Shown: in pieces, positions 13,754 to 25,148 of the stretch
Numbering within the stretch: the first letter of the stretch is position 1
How the letters are laid out: every line of letters begins with the position of its first letter
Origin: Lingula anatina
Lineage: Eukaryota > Animalia > Brachiopoda
Length of the DNA: 64,000 nucleotides
Assembly (NCBI GenBank): GCA_051362555.1
Contig: CM120644.1
Location: 442,954-506,953 of the forward strand
Direction of reading: 5' to 3'
The notes under the pieces: generated by a model
Database searches by the model: none
What the model was told of the DNA's origin: nothing
Seen by the model: only the letters and a program-made list of their open reading frames with translations
Translations under genes and position numbers: made by a program

Positions 13754-16313
13754 ATGAAGATCAAAGTTTTAATATTGTGTTTTCTTTTACTTGACGTCTT
13801 TTCTGTACTTGCCGATGATGAGGCAACGAAGACTGATGATGAACCAGGTAAATGTGCAAGTAATTTATTCTGCATATGGGTTCTTTAAAATTCTAAAACA
13901 CAGTAAACTGGGAGTCAGAATTTGCCGGTTGCCAAGTTTTCTGCCTTTCCTCGCTCTTGGAAACCTCTTTGACCTGTCGTTACTGGACAGGCGATGGAGT
14001 CACAGTATAGTTCAATACTGAAAGTGACAGCAGTCAGTTGAACAGTGCTGCGCGTCCCCTGTTACCGGTGATCTAGCGTGCTAGCCTTTATACGACACTG
14101 CTCACTGCTCTGCGGAGACGTCAGCAAATTGACCACCAGTAGCAATCCAGCAAATTATAGATTTATTTATGAATTTTTGACAGCACGTTTTCTCTGAAAA
14201 ATACTAGAGATAATCAATTCCGTTTGCAGTAAACTGGACATTTCCTTATGTAGGATTATTTTTTGCATTTCATAAAATCCGTCAACTCCGGTACCCGTTA
14301 CATTGCTAAGTTAAAGTTACAGGTATATTGATTATATTGACTCCATATCAGCACACCTGTGAAAAGTCATGTGACCAACAAGCAACTTTATTGAATGTTT
14401 TTGGTTTGACCTCATACCAGTGGTTTACTTAAGATCATTCCTTCTATGTGACATGTGGTGACTGTACAAAGGGGGAGGGGGGGGGGGGGAGGATAACCCA
14501 ACTGGGCAAGTGAAAGGTTGAATCCACATTTGACAAGGAATACTGATTCCAGTGACATCAAACCACACACTCATACCAGTGGAGGCCACATTTCTTCAAA
14601 GATCATCTTTCTGTTTACATTTTGATGCTGATGGTTATATTTTTATATTTGTTTCTTTCAGAAGAGGGTGAAGACATAGCTGATGATGCAGAGGAAGAGG
14701 AGCCCGCTGTCTTCAGTCTGAACGAGAAGAACTTTGATGATGCCATAGCATCTAATGACGTGGTCTTAGTGGAGTTTTTTGCTCCATGGTCAGTACAGTC
14801 TCAGATATTATGACTTTAATTTGTTTAGTTCATTTATATTATTCATTTAATAAATGTTACACCTCTGAGGTCACGTTCATATTTGCATGTGATTTAGTTT
14901 ACCTGAAAAACATTTGAAATGTAAATTTTTAATTGTCCAATTTGAGTTTGGTGCATTCTGAATCCTTTTATTTTCCTAATATGGGAAAAAAAGTCATGGC
15001 AAAGATGTTATAGTGACAAATATAAGTGGAGCATACAATAACACCTGTAGCCTCATCTTGTGATGATGGTTATGCTGTAGATGGCAAACTATTAGAATGG
15101 GCAATAATTTTGAATATAGATGTAATATTGAACAAAGTCAGATTTTTGTCTTTACCAATGCTTATGATTTTGTATTTAAAAAAGCTATATCAAGACTTAT
15201 GATGGAATAAAAAGCCATGTTTCTGTTTCTTTCCCAAGACTAATGATCCTGTAGAATAAACGTCATATTTACAATAATATTCATGTTTATAATGTATAAT
15301 ATTAATATTTATTCTGTGTTTTTCTCATAGGTGTGGTCATTGTAAGAGTCTGGCCCCAGAGTACGAGAAGGCCGCCAAGCGTCTTAAGAACAACGACCCT
15401 CCAGTGGTACTGGCAGCAGTGGATGCTACAGTAGAGGCAGACCTGGCTCAGAAGTAAGGGACACACAGCTAGTGATTGTTGATTGTCACAGTTAACACAA
15501 TGCTCTGTCACAGCCAATAATTATTCTGTTGTCACAGCTAACACAATATTCTGTTGTCACAGCTAACACAATATTCTTTTCTTGTTGTCTCAGGTATGAT
15601 GTCAGTGGCTATCCTACACTGAAATGGTTCAAGAAAGGTCAGCAGTTTGACTATGATGGACCCAGACATGAGGACGGTAAGGAGAACAGTTTTTACTTTG
15701 ACATCAAAATATCTAAAATTGGTGAAATTTTAAAGTTGTTTCACCTACACCTCATTACATCCTTATTTTGTGACTTATGCCTGTATACATGTGAGGCAGT
15801 GTACTTCAAAATGATTGATTTGAACAGAAACTTATTAAATCCAGTAGTAAATCCTGATTTAATTTTGTCTATTATTTAATGCATCCAAGCACACAAATGA
15901 ATTCAACCGTACAAAAATCAAAAATTGGGAACATGATTAAAATTGATAGTATGTTTCATCCGCTCTTCTCCACTCCATAAGAGAAATAAAAGTAAAATCA
16001 TTGACCACTATTTTGTCCAGGCATTGTCCAGTACATGCAGGAGAGAGCTGACCCCAAGTGGAAACCCCCTCCAGAGGCTGTGGTCACTCTGACCAAGGAC
16101 AACTTCCATGATGTGGTGGACAAGGAGGAGCTTATCTTGGTGGAGTTTTATGCCCCCTGGTGAGCGTTACATGCAGTTGATGATAATGTCATGTCAGTTT
16201 TATGGGTTATTTATATTTATATGGGGACAACAGTCATTTTTAACCACTGGATTTTGCTGCTGAAATTTGATAAATGTGCCCCCTGATTTTCAACAGAAAA
16301 AAAAATCATAAAA

Positions 16314-16352
<39 letters not shown>

Positions 16353-19300
16353 TCTCTCTCTCTCTCTGACACAACATAACATATGCAAACCATAACAAAA
16401 ATAAGAAGACAAGAAAGCAGGAAACACCTGGAGAGGGTCTTGGGGTGGGCGGGGGTTTTATACAACCTCTATTTATGTGGTCTTACATTGTAGACTAAAC
16501 TAAGTCTACTTAGACTTGAGATAACTCAGTAATTTTTGTTAATATGTTAGCTGTATTTTATCCCTTCCCAATTGAACCTCCAGGTGTGGACATTGTAAAC
16601 GACTGGCTCCGGAGTACGAGAGGGCAGCACAGGACCTGCAGAAGAATGACCCTCCTATCATTCTGGCCAAAGTGGACGCCACAGTGGAGACAGAGCTAGC
16701 CAAAGAGTACGGCGTAGAGGGCTATCCCACACTGAAGATGTTCCGCAAGGGGAAAGCTATGGAGTATAAAGGGGAGAGAAACCAGTTTGGTAAGTGACAA
16801 AGCTATGGAGTATAAAGTAGAGAGAAACCAGTTTGGTAAGTGACAAAGCTATGGAGTATAAAGGGGAGAGAAACCAGTTTGGTGAGTGCCAAAGCTATGG
16901 AGTATAAAGTAGAGAGGAACCTTTGTTGTGTTCTTTGTTTTGTCTGTGATTTTACTTTAAAGGAAAGGCTTGATAACAACTAGAACTTGGTCTGTATATT
17001 TGTTTGCAGTGATGTTATATGTTGTGGCCTTTCTATATTCTGACATTTGACCACCTGTGTTTGCTGTTGTCTGTAGGTATTGTAGAATACATGAAGACAC
17101 ATCAAGGTCCTGGCTCCAAGGAAATGAAAACTTTGAAAGAACTGAAAAATTTCATGAGTGAAGGTGATGTGACAGTTGTGGGATTTTTCAATAGTGAAGA
17201 GGATGAACTGTACAAAACATACCAGGAGTCATGTAAGTGTGACTGAGTGTGTAGGGTTTGAAGTGAAACCATAGTATATCTGAGAACTCAAGAGTTATTT
17301 GAGTGTACAGACTGGCTTGTCTTGGCATTGTGACACCTGGTGGAGGTTACAGTGTTATAACATAGGGTAATATGTAAAATTCAGACATGAGCTTTGGTTG
17401 CTGAAATTCCTCAAGGTTATGTGTTGGGTCACATGATAAATGTTCAGAATATATATTTTTTTAATTTGAAACTTAGGCTCCTGTCTTGAAAATAAATACC
17501 TGAATTAACAATAATGTGCATTTTTATATCTCATGATAGGTAAAACGGGATGTTTTTGAGAAAGCAACTCTAGCTTGAGAAGTTGTATTCGTAATTGGAT
17601 ATAATCCTGCTTTCAATTAAGAAATCACTTTGTTCTAGGTGATGAGATACGGGAAGACTACAAGTTTGCCCACACTTTTGATGAAGCATCAAGGAACCAT
17701 TACAAAGTAAATGCAGGTTCCGTGGTGGTCTTCAATGCAGAGAGGTTCTACACCAAATATGAACCCAAGTGGCACATACTGAGTGAGGTAATAGAGCTGT
17801 TTCTAAACCAGGGATTTTCCCAGGTTTGGGGGTACAGGCCATTCACAATTACTACCTGTAATTTCCTACAAAAAATTTCAGAGTCCAGGTATGCCTAAAG
17901 CCATCATATGTCCCAAAAAATCCATATGTAGTCTAGCCGTCTTTGAAAATATGGGCTGTCTGGTGGTGCTGGCAGCCATCCAAATGTCAGCTGGCTGGTT
18001 CACTCGGAAAATCTTTCACATCTGATATGAATGGAGTAGTAAATGAGCTATAAGGATAAGAATTAGAAAATATGTCGATATTTCAAATCTGGTTGCAGCT
18101 GCAAAACCCTACTCTGTAGATAAAAGCAGTGGTTATCATTCATAAAATATTTCACATTGATACCTCCTGATGTGCAGTCTAAAACTAACCAAAAAAATAA
18201 AGATAAATGAAAATTGACTTTTAGATATGAGTTAAAGGTATAATAGATGGTTCAATATTAAAAGCAAATCCTTAATTTATATGCTCCCAGTTGAAAACTT
18301 GTCTCTTTGAATATTGTTCATGAAGATCATACCGTCACTTACTGGTAATTAATATCTGCACATCCAGTACATGAATTCTGGTATTAACTCCACAGGTTGC
18401 TGATTTAAGGTAAACTAATACCTGTGTTGTTATATTCCAGAAATCTCCATCAGTGAAGGATCTTCAGGCATTCTATGAAAAGCATCAGCTGCCACTGGTA
18501 GGTCACATGACCCGTTCACAGGAGTCCAAACGCTGGACAAAGCGCCCTCTATGTGTGATCTACTTCACTGTGGACTGGAGTATTGACCACAGAGATGGTG
18601 AGTTTCTGGTCATTTGATACCGTCACAATACCAGGGTGATTAACATGCCCCTTTCCTCCTTTAAGCCATCTTTTCACTGGACAGCGTCCTTTCTGCATTC
18701 CATAGTGCGGCCCTGTTTGAGAGTAAAAATAATACTTAACATGCTGACAACTGCCGGATCATTGAGTATTCAGTCTGCAACCAAAGCAATGTTTGTGCCT
18801 CCTTTCTACATCCACACCAATGCCAGTTTCATGGCCGCAGAAAGGACGACATCCAGTGTAAAAGGGGTTTTGGCTAATTCCTGTATCTGTCAGAATGTTA
18901 GGTATGGTAACGATGTTTGCACATTTGTTTTCACGTTCCTTATTTGTTTGTATTTACCTTATTGTTATAGCTTCAAAGTTTTCAATAGGTAAAATTTATA
19001 TTACCAAAAAACTGCAACTGTAATAAAGAATGTGTGTTTGTCCACTTCAGTTTTAATATTGACACAACCATATTAGTTTTGTTGGAAGACTGGTTTGACC
19101 CCAGCCAAGGACATACCAGTCCTTCATAAACAGTACCTGCTGTCTCCCTGCTTGGCACTCAGCACTTGAAGGGGTTGAAGCAGGGGAAAGTTCCTGGTCT
19201 GGCAGTGAAAGATATTGCTATTTTGTTAGTTTTGAGGGCCTGATACAGTAATCAGGCTGTAACACAGGGAGGCGAGAGCATCAGCACCTTATCTGTATTT

Positions 19301-20462
19301 TGACCCAGAATAACCAGGGGTCCATTGTAAAATTTCACCAAAATTGTATTGAAGTGCAGTATATAAGAGCCAAACTTGACTTTCTTTAAACTTGTGCGTT
19401 TTCCAGCCACCAACGCTTGGCGTCTGCGGTTTGCTGACATTGCCAAGGAATACCCTGACATCACATTTGCTGTGGCTGATGAAGAGGATTACAATGGTCA
19501 TCTGAAAGACTTTCAGCTGGACGACTCTGGTGAGGAGCTGGCCATTGGCTGCTTTGATTCTAAGGGGAAGAGATATGCCATGGAACCCACGGAGGAATAT
19601 GAGGCAGACGACTTCAAGGAGTTCTTGGATAAATTTCAAAAAGGTTGGTGATAGAAAGATGTAGCTTATTGCTCTGGGGATTTTTTTTTTTTTTTTTTCA
19701 AGTGGAAAGCTATTTAACAGAAATGGTAAAAATGTGGAGAAAAGGGTGAAATATTTCTAATTTTTTCATGAAAAGATGTAGACAAAAGGTCAAATGAATG
19801 TTGATCAATGTTCAAACCATTTGGTTCTCTCAAAATTTTGTATAAAATAGAAACATCTGCAATAGGTATGTTAATTATTACTATTACAGCCTTGTTTAAA
19901 CACTAGATTGCAATATTTCGTTTTGTTATGTATTTTAAATCCTTAAAATTAGAGTTAATTAACATAAAATGAATTTTTTATAAGTAAGATTAGACCGTAG
20001 ATAACATTGGAAAAGTCCTTCTAATTCATACTTTCACTTTCTCCACCAGGTGCCCTCAAGCCCGTGGTGAAGTCCCAGCCTGTAGTTAAACAGAAGGGTC
20101 CTGTCAAGGTGGTAGTGGGGAAAAACTTTGAAGAAATTGTCCTGGATAAGAAGAAAGACGTTCTCATTGAGTTGTATGCACCGTGGTGCGGCCATTGTAA
20201 AAATTTAGAGCCAAAGTACAAAGAACTGGCCAAAAAGGTGAAAAAAGAGAAAAACTTGGTGATTGCAAAACTTGATGCCACGGCTAATGATGTGCCAACA
20301 GAATACGTCGCTGAAGGTTTTCCTACTATTTATTTTGCTCCAGCTAATAATAAAGACAAACCAATAAAATATGAGAGTGGGAATAGAGAGCCAGAAGATT
20401 TTATTTCATTCATGAAGCAGCATGCCTCAGCTGCTTTTAAAAGTGACAAGGATGAACTTTGA
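13754..20462 (+). CDS. PDIA4: Protein disulfide-isomerase A4 (ERp72), 11 exons, 627 aa
   Basis: Exons 13754-13847, 14662-14788, 15331-15453, 15594-15676, 16021-16159, 16584-16789, 17077-17232, 17639-17787, 18441-18597, 19407-19643, 20050-20462. All introns are GT-AG and phase-compatible, totalling 1884 nt. Signal peptide, acidic N-terminus, three APWCGHC thioredoxin sites, C-terminal KDEL. Confidence 0.95.
15480..15578 (+). repeat. ~25-bp tandem repeat filling PDIA4 intron 3
   Basis: TGTCACAGCTAACACAATATTCTGT-like units, about 4 copies. Confidence 0.75.
16753..16920 (+). repeat. 46-bp tandem duplication of the PDIA4 exon 6 3' end including its splice donor
   Basis: AAAGCTATGGAGTATAAAG(G/T)(G/A)GAGAGAAACCAGTTTGGT(A/G)AGTG repeated; donor GTs at 16790, 16836 and 16882. 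Confidence 0.9.
18664..18868. mobile_element. Small MITE in PDIA4 intron 9
   Basis: Imperfect TIR CTTTTCACTGGACAGCGTCCTTTCTGC / GCAGAAAGGACGACATCCAGTGTAAAAG. Confidence 0.55.
19085..19200 (+). mobile_element. SINE remnant (Meta-domain-like core)
   Basis: GTACCTGCTGTCTCCCTGCTTGGCACTCAGCA resembles the conserved central domain of metazoan tRNA-SINEs. Recognised from memory, not searched. Confidence 0.45.
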
Positions 20463-21098
20463 CCTAATGAACTTGTTTAAGAAGGTCAAGGTCATGGGGC
20501 ATAAAAAAAAAAAATTATCTCTGGGTTGCATATTGCCATTCTTGTGCCTTCACCAGTTATGATGCATTTAGAGACACGTTTCAGTTTTAAGAAGACAGTT
20601 TTGAAAAAAAGTCTTGTGTGATGTACTAATTTCTTGTGAGGACTTAAAACCAGAGAGAGTGAGTGAGTTGGTCTTTACAGATGTTTCAAGTTTATTTGCT
20701 TATTTATTTAATTTTAATGGTTAATTGTTATTCTTATTTAGTTGTTAGGTTTTATACTATGTCTAGATTTTTGTTTTTGTAAGCTCAAATCATGCCAAAA
20801 ATTGTTTAAGGGGACCAAATATAGTAACTGAAAATTGACATCAGACTGTTTTGTCCGTTCAGCAAAATATAATTGTGGATGTAAAAGCTGCAGAAGTACA
20901 GTTTTCCAAGAATTTGGAAGAATTAACTTAGCCAAGGATAAGGAACAATCCTGCTTATTCTATGAACAGTATTTAATACTCCAACCATATTTTATCTTCA
21001 TGAAAAGCAGTCATCACAGCTTTTCATCCATCTACCAAAGTATTAACCTTACCAGCATCAAGGCTTTATTGCTACCTAAGTGACATACTGGCATAGTG

Positions 21099-21104
21099 AA
21101 TAAA
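21099..21104 (+). terminator. Candidate polyadenylation signal of PDIA4
   Basis: AATAAA about 640 nt after the stop codon. Confidence 0.4.
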
Positions 21105-21124
21105 TCATGAGGAAGAAATGGTTT

Positions 21125-21454
21125 AGGGATAATAACTCTTCGTATGAGATCTATATTTCACAATAAAAACATTGTGAATAACTCAGAAATATAATATATT
21201 CTGTTGTACTACTAAATATGTATAGCTGTTATTCTGATATCTGAGCTTGTCTTTTGACCACGTGACCTCCATTGATGGCTATACTCTGTAAAAATCTCTT
21301 AAGAGATTTTAACAAAAAACCAAACTTTTTAGAAAAAACCAGGGACTAACTTTGAATGTAAAAATGGATTTATTAACCATTGGTAAGTATGGGGAAATTG
21401 TTGTTTACTTTAGGAAAATTCATTTTTTGGCCGAAACGACGAGTTATTATCCCT
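21125..21454 (+). mobile_element. Kolobok-like MITE, second copy
   Basis: TIR AGGGATAATAACTC / GAGTTATTATCCCT followed by TTAA; similar to 10591-10918. Confidence 0.6.
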
Positions 21455-23399
21455 TTAATATGCTTGTCTGTAATTAATGTGTGATGGCCATGGCTGACAG
21501 TAATGACAGATCAGTTAATTCAGTTTATTACCTTCTTCACTGACCATTGCCTGGGCATGTGATGAATACGTAGAGAATTAAACCGATTAACACCACAGCA
21601 GCGCACTGTTATGGAGGGGGGTGCGCTTGTACTTCTTGCTGAAGATAAAAATCGAATATATATACTGTAAATCGAATCATGGCGACACCGTGACGTCTGG
21701 ACACGCGAGACCGCCGTACTGTTATAGAAATTCTTCGCCCAAATATGTTGTATTTTGTTGTTTTATCATACACAGGCAGGAAGGAATAAATACATTTTCC
21801 TTTGTCAAAATTTTCACCGAAAGTAAACGTTAAAATTTGCAAATACTCCGTATTGTAGCGGTGTTATGATTAAATAGCAAAATATAACAGGCGTCACGTC
21901 TGTGACCACCTGGGCAAGCAGTGTTAGACCAGAAGTATGTGAATGCAGTTGTCAGCGCTCTGACACTTACTACAGAAAAATTTGCCTGTCTGGTGAATCT
22001 GCCTCAACTATATGACTATATGTTTAAGATATAAAGGCAGCACATGTGAAGTGAAACCGCGCCGTGCTATAAATCCACAAACGACGCGTGCGAAATACGC
22101 GCCAAGTGTACTTCTGTCTTTTAGCGAGTAGAATTTTTTGCTCAAATTATGGATGTATATGTGTTTCCATGCTCAAATGAAACGGACCGTCACGCGTCAA
22201 ATTTGACTTTAACTAACAACTTCCACGTGGAGCGTGAGTGAACGGCATCAGGAAGGCTGGGTCGGTGCATATTGTCTCTCTGTGTTATCTGACAGGAAAC
22301 AAAAGCCATCTTTTGTCCTTGAGATTTAACTGACCTCTGCGACAATTTCAGCCCAGATGACCGGAAAGACAATTAAGCTGATGAATTTTGATAATAGTGG
22401 CAGTCACGCGCTGTGTACATTTTGTTGATGTTGTGTACACATGATACAATTACTGGCGTTCTGGGTCATGCCTTAATGATGACTTCATTTACTTTTAGCA
22501 GAAACTTTTTGTGACGTCAAACGAAATCTTAAATAGACTTCTTAGGAAATTCATGGACAGAGTAATTCAGCTCATGGTAATATGCAGCTGAGAAAAGATT
22601 TAACAGGGTCATTTGTATATAAGATATATCATTGCTAACACTTTTTTAGAGAAAGCAATTCGGTTGAGATATGCCAACTGTTGTACATATTGAACAATGT
22701 CGTAGACGCTGGCCCATACAATGAGAGAGCGCACGATACCACATTAAAAAACATACCTTTCAGCTAAGACATATGAATCCGTACGTTCTAGCTTTCAGAT
22801 AATACAAGATTGTTGACAATGCCGCTCTAAACTGCCAATCGAAGACGGGGATAAGGCGCCTGAGGTATGGTGTGTGCCGCGTGCCACAACTACCTTGAGC
22901 CTACTCGACAGAACACTAAACTGTGCGAGGTCGAACAAACAAGGCACGAAGAAAACAATACCCTAGAAAATAAAGTTTATTCATTTTCCTGAGAAAGCCT
23001 CAAATTTGACTGCATTTGCCCTTTGATCCCATTTTACTAAGTCATGTTTCCATGCATTTTGATTACCTATAAAGTTACAGCAATCCTTCGCTACCAGTCA
23101 TGTGAGTCATTGTAATATTTCCCTGAAATTCCATACAATAATTGATTTCCTCCCCCACCCCTTTTTAAACTCAAAGGATATTGCACTACATCGAAATAAA
23201 CCACCTCGGGATATGTTTGCCCTGTGAACACCCAGAGATAAAAAATATCGCCATCAAGGGATGGGAAGATAATAGACTTGCATTGCTTGTCCTAGGGTTT
23301 CATATGGACCCTTTGCTCCCAATGGGGGATGTGGGATTGTGTAAGATATCCTGGTTGTGAACGTACATATGTAGCTCTAACACTGACAATGTGTATGTA

Positions 23400-23850
23400 G
23401 TTTGTAAAAAACTGCTTTTTTTATGATAGCTTTTTAACAAACTGCTCATAATTTGATTACTTCGCAATAAACTGCTCGTAATATAAACTTTGTAACAAAC
23501 TGCTCGTAATTTGATGACTTTGTAACAAACTGCTCGTAATATGATTACTTCGTAATAAACTGCTCGTAATATAAACTTTGTAACAACTGCTCGTAATTTG
23601 ATTACTTTGTAACAACTACTCGTAATTTGATTACTTCATAACAACTGCTCGTAATTTGATTACTTTGTAACAAACTGCTCGTAGTTTTATTGCTCCGTAA
23701 CAAACTGCCCATAATAAGATTACATTGTAACCAACCGCTCGTAATTAGATTACAATCTAACCATTCGCGAGAAAAGTGATTACCTTGTAAGAAACAGCTT
23801 GTAATTTGATAACTTTGTAACAATCTGCTCGTCACATTTTTACTTTGTAG
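23400..23850. repeat. ~30-bp minisatellite downstream of fucosyltransferase copy 1
   Basis: TTACTTTGTAACAAACTGCTCGTAATTTGA units. Confidence 0.9.
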
Positions 23851-23966
23851 TACTCTGTTCGCTCTTCTGTAGACATTCCCTGATGCGTGTGCAGCATAAT
23901 TTATTTTACAGCGACCAGTCGTATTAGCCGATAAAACGTCCCTTCCTCAAATAACGAAGTAATCTT

Positions 23967-25148
23967 CTATACTCCGCCGGTCATAAACTGCATATCATCA
24001 GGGGGTTTGCATGTACCGTACCAACTACGTATATCCTGGGCACTGTAGGATTTCACTGGTTCCGTTGGAGAATGAAGCTTGGCACAAATATCACAATAAC
24101 CACGAATCCAAGAAGAGACTTGAATGTCCGCCTTTGATTGCAACAACTTGGCATATTCAACGTCGTCTTTATCTAGTTCTTTCAGTCTGTGTGCCAGCTC
24201 TTTGGGAGACTTAAAGTCGTGTGTGTCTATGTGCCAGGATGAAGGGATGCCTAGACGCGTGTAGTTGGCACCTGAACGTGTGACCGGGATAACGTCCAAT
24301 GGGAGGATTTTATATAATTTTTCTGTGATATAATCCGTGGCAAAACTATTTTCAAAAGAAAGATAAAATTTGTAAGTTTTGTTTAACATATCGTTACATT
24401 TAGCTTCCCTGTCGCGTCCACATTTGAATGGCCCGCAACGCCCATAAATGTCCACGCTCATATATTTCTGTAATTCCTTCACATATTGCATACGTCGACT
24501 TTCAGCATTACAATTGCTGACTGCCCAGGCCGCTAATTTAGTTTTGCTCTTGGCAACTGATAGAAAATCCCTTTTCTTGGCTTCATCGTGTTTTTTGTCC
24601 AGTATGGGGAATCCGTATGGACTGTAGATGTCGCTGTCCATCCTGTAAGTCATCGTCCAGTTGAACGTCCAATCACTGTATAACTTCGAGTGACATGGAC
24701 TCTCGTGATTGGTCCATATCCAGCGCGTTTTGGGATTCCGTTTTTCTGGTTTTTTACCTAACGCCGGACCCATGAAAATGATGGCATCGGCATCATAGGC
24801 AGCACTCTTATCCTCCGTCACCTTACAGTTACCCACGGGACACTTCAAACCTTCGAATGAGGTGTGATATTTTTTCAACCCGAGGTAGTTAAAACCAGAA
24901 GAACTAGGAATCCAATATAAAATAAGTTTAGCATCCTCTGATGCGTCGGAAATCCTTGTTTCTGGAAACGTTGGACTTTCCTGAAATCCGTTCTTGCCAT
25001 GATTTCTGTAGATTGGCTGTGGTAAAATAAACCTTGACACAATTACGGTTTTATAGATTTCTGTTAAAAGAAGCATACCAAAGAGGAGTGAGGATACGAT
25101 GATTGTAACCAAGCCGTTTTGTAACACTATCTTCACATTAATTGTCAT
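23967..25148 (-). CDS. Alpha-(1,3)-fucosyltransferase, GT10 family, 393 aa (copy 1)
   Basis: N-terminal type II TM anchor; motifs ESP, FNWTMTYRxDSD, VSNC, VDIYGxCG, YKFYLSFENS..DYITEK; intronless CDS. Confidence 0.93.
   Translation of the reverse strand: MTINVKIVLQNGLVTIIVSSLLFGMLLLTEIYKTVIVSRFILPQPIYRNHGKNGFQESPTFPETRISDASEDAKLILYWIPSSSGFNYLGLKKYHTSFEGLKCPVGNCKVTEDKSAAYDADAIIFMGPALGKKPEKRNPKTRWIWTNHESPCHSKLYSDWTFNWTMTYRMDSDIYSPYGFPILDKKHDEAKKRDFLSVAKSKTKLAAWAVSNCNAESRRMQYVKELQKYMSVDIYGRCGPFKCGRDREAKCNDMLNKTYKFYLSFENSFATDYITEKLYKILPLDVIPVTRSGANYTRLGIPSSWHIDTHDFKSPKELAHRLKELDKDDVEYAKLLQSKADIQVSSWIRGYCDICAKLHSPTEPVKSYSAQDIRSWYGTCKPPDDMQFMTGGV

Noticed and set aside
14471-14492. G-run / G-quadruplex
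   Set aside because: Simple homopolymer tract of a kind frequent throughout this window.
23400-23850. CRISPR-like ~30-bp periodicity (also 33290-33920)
   Set aside because: Units are contiguous with no unique spacers; eukaryotic context and no cas genes.
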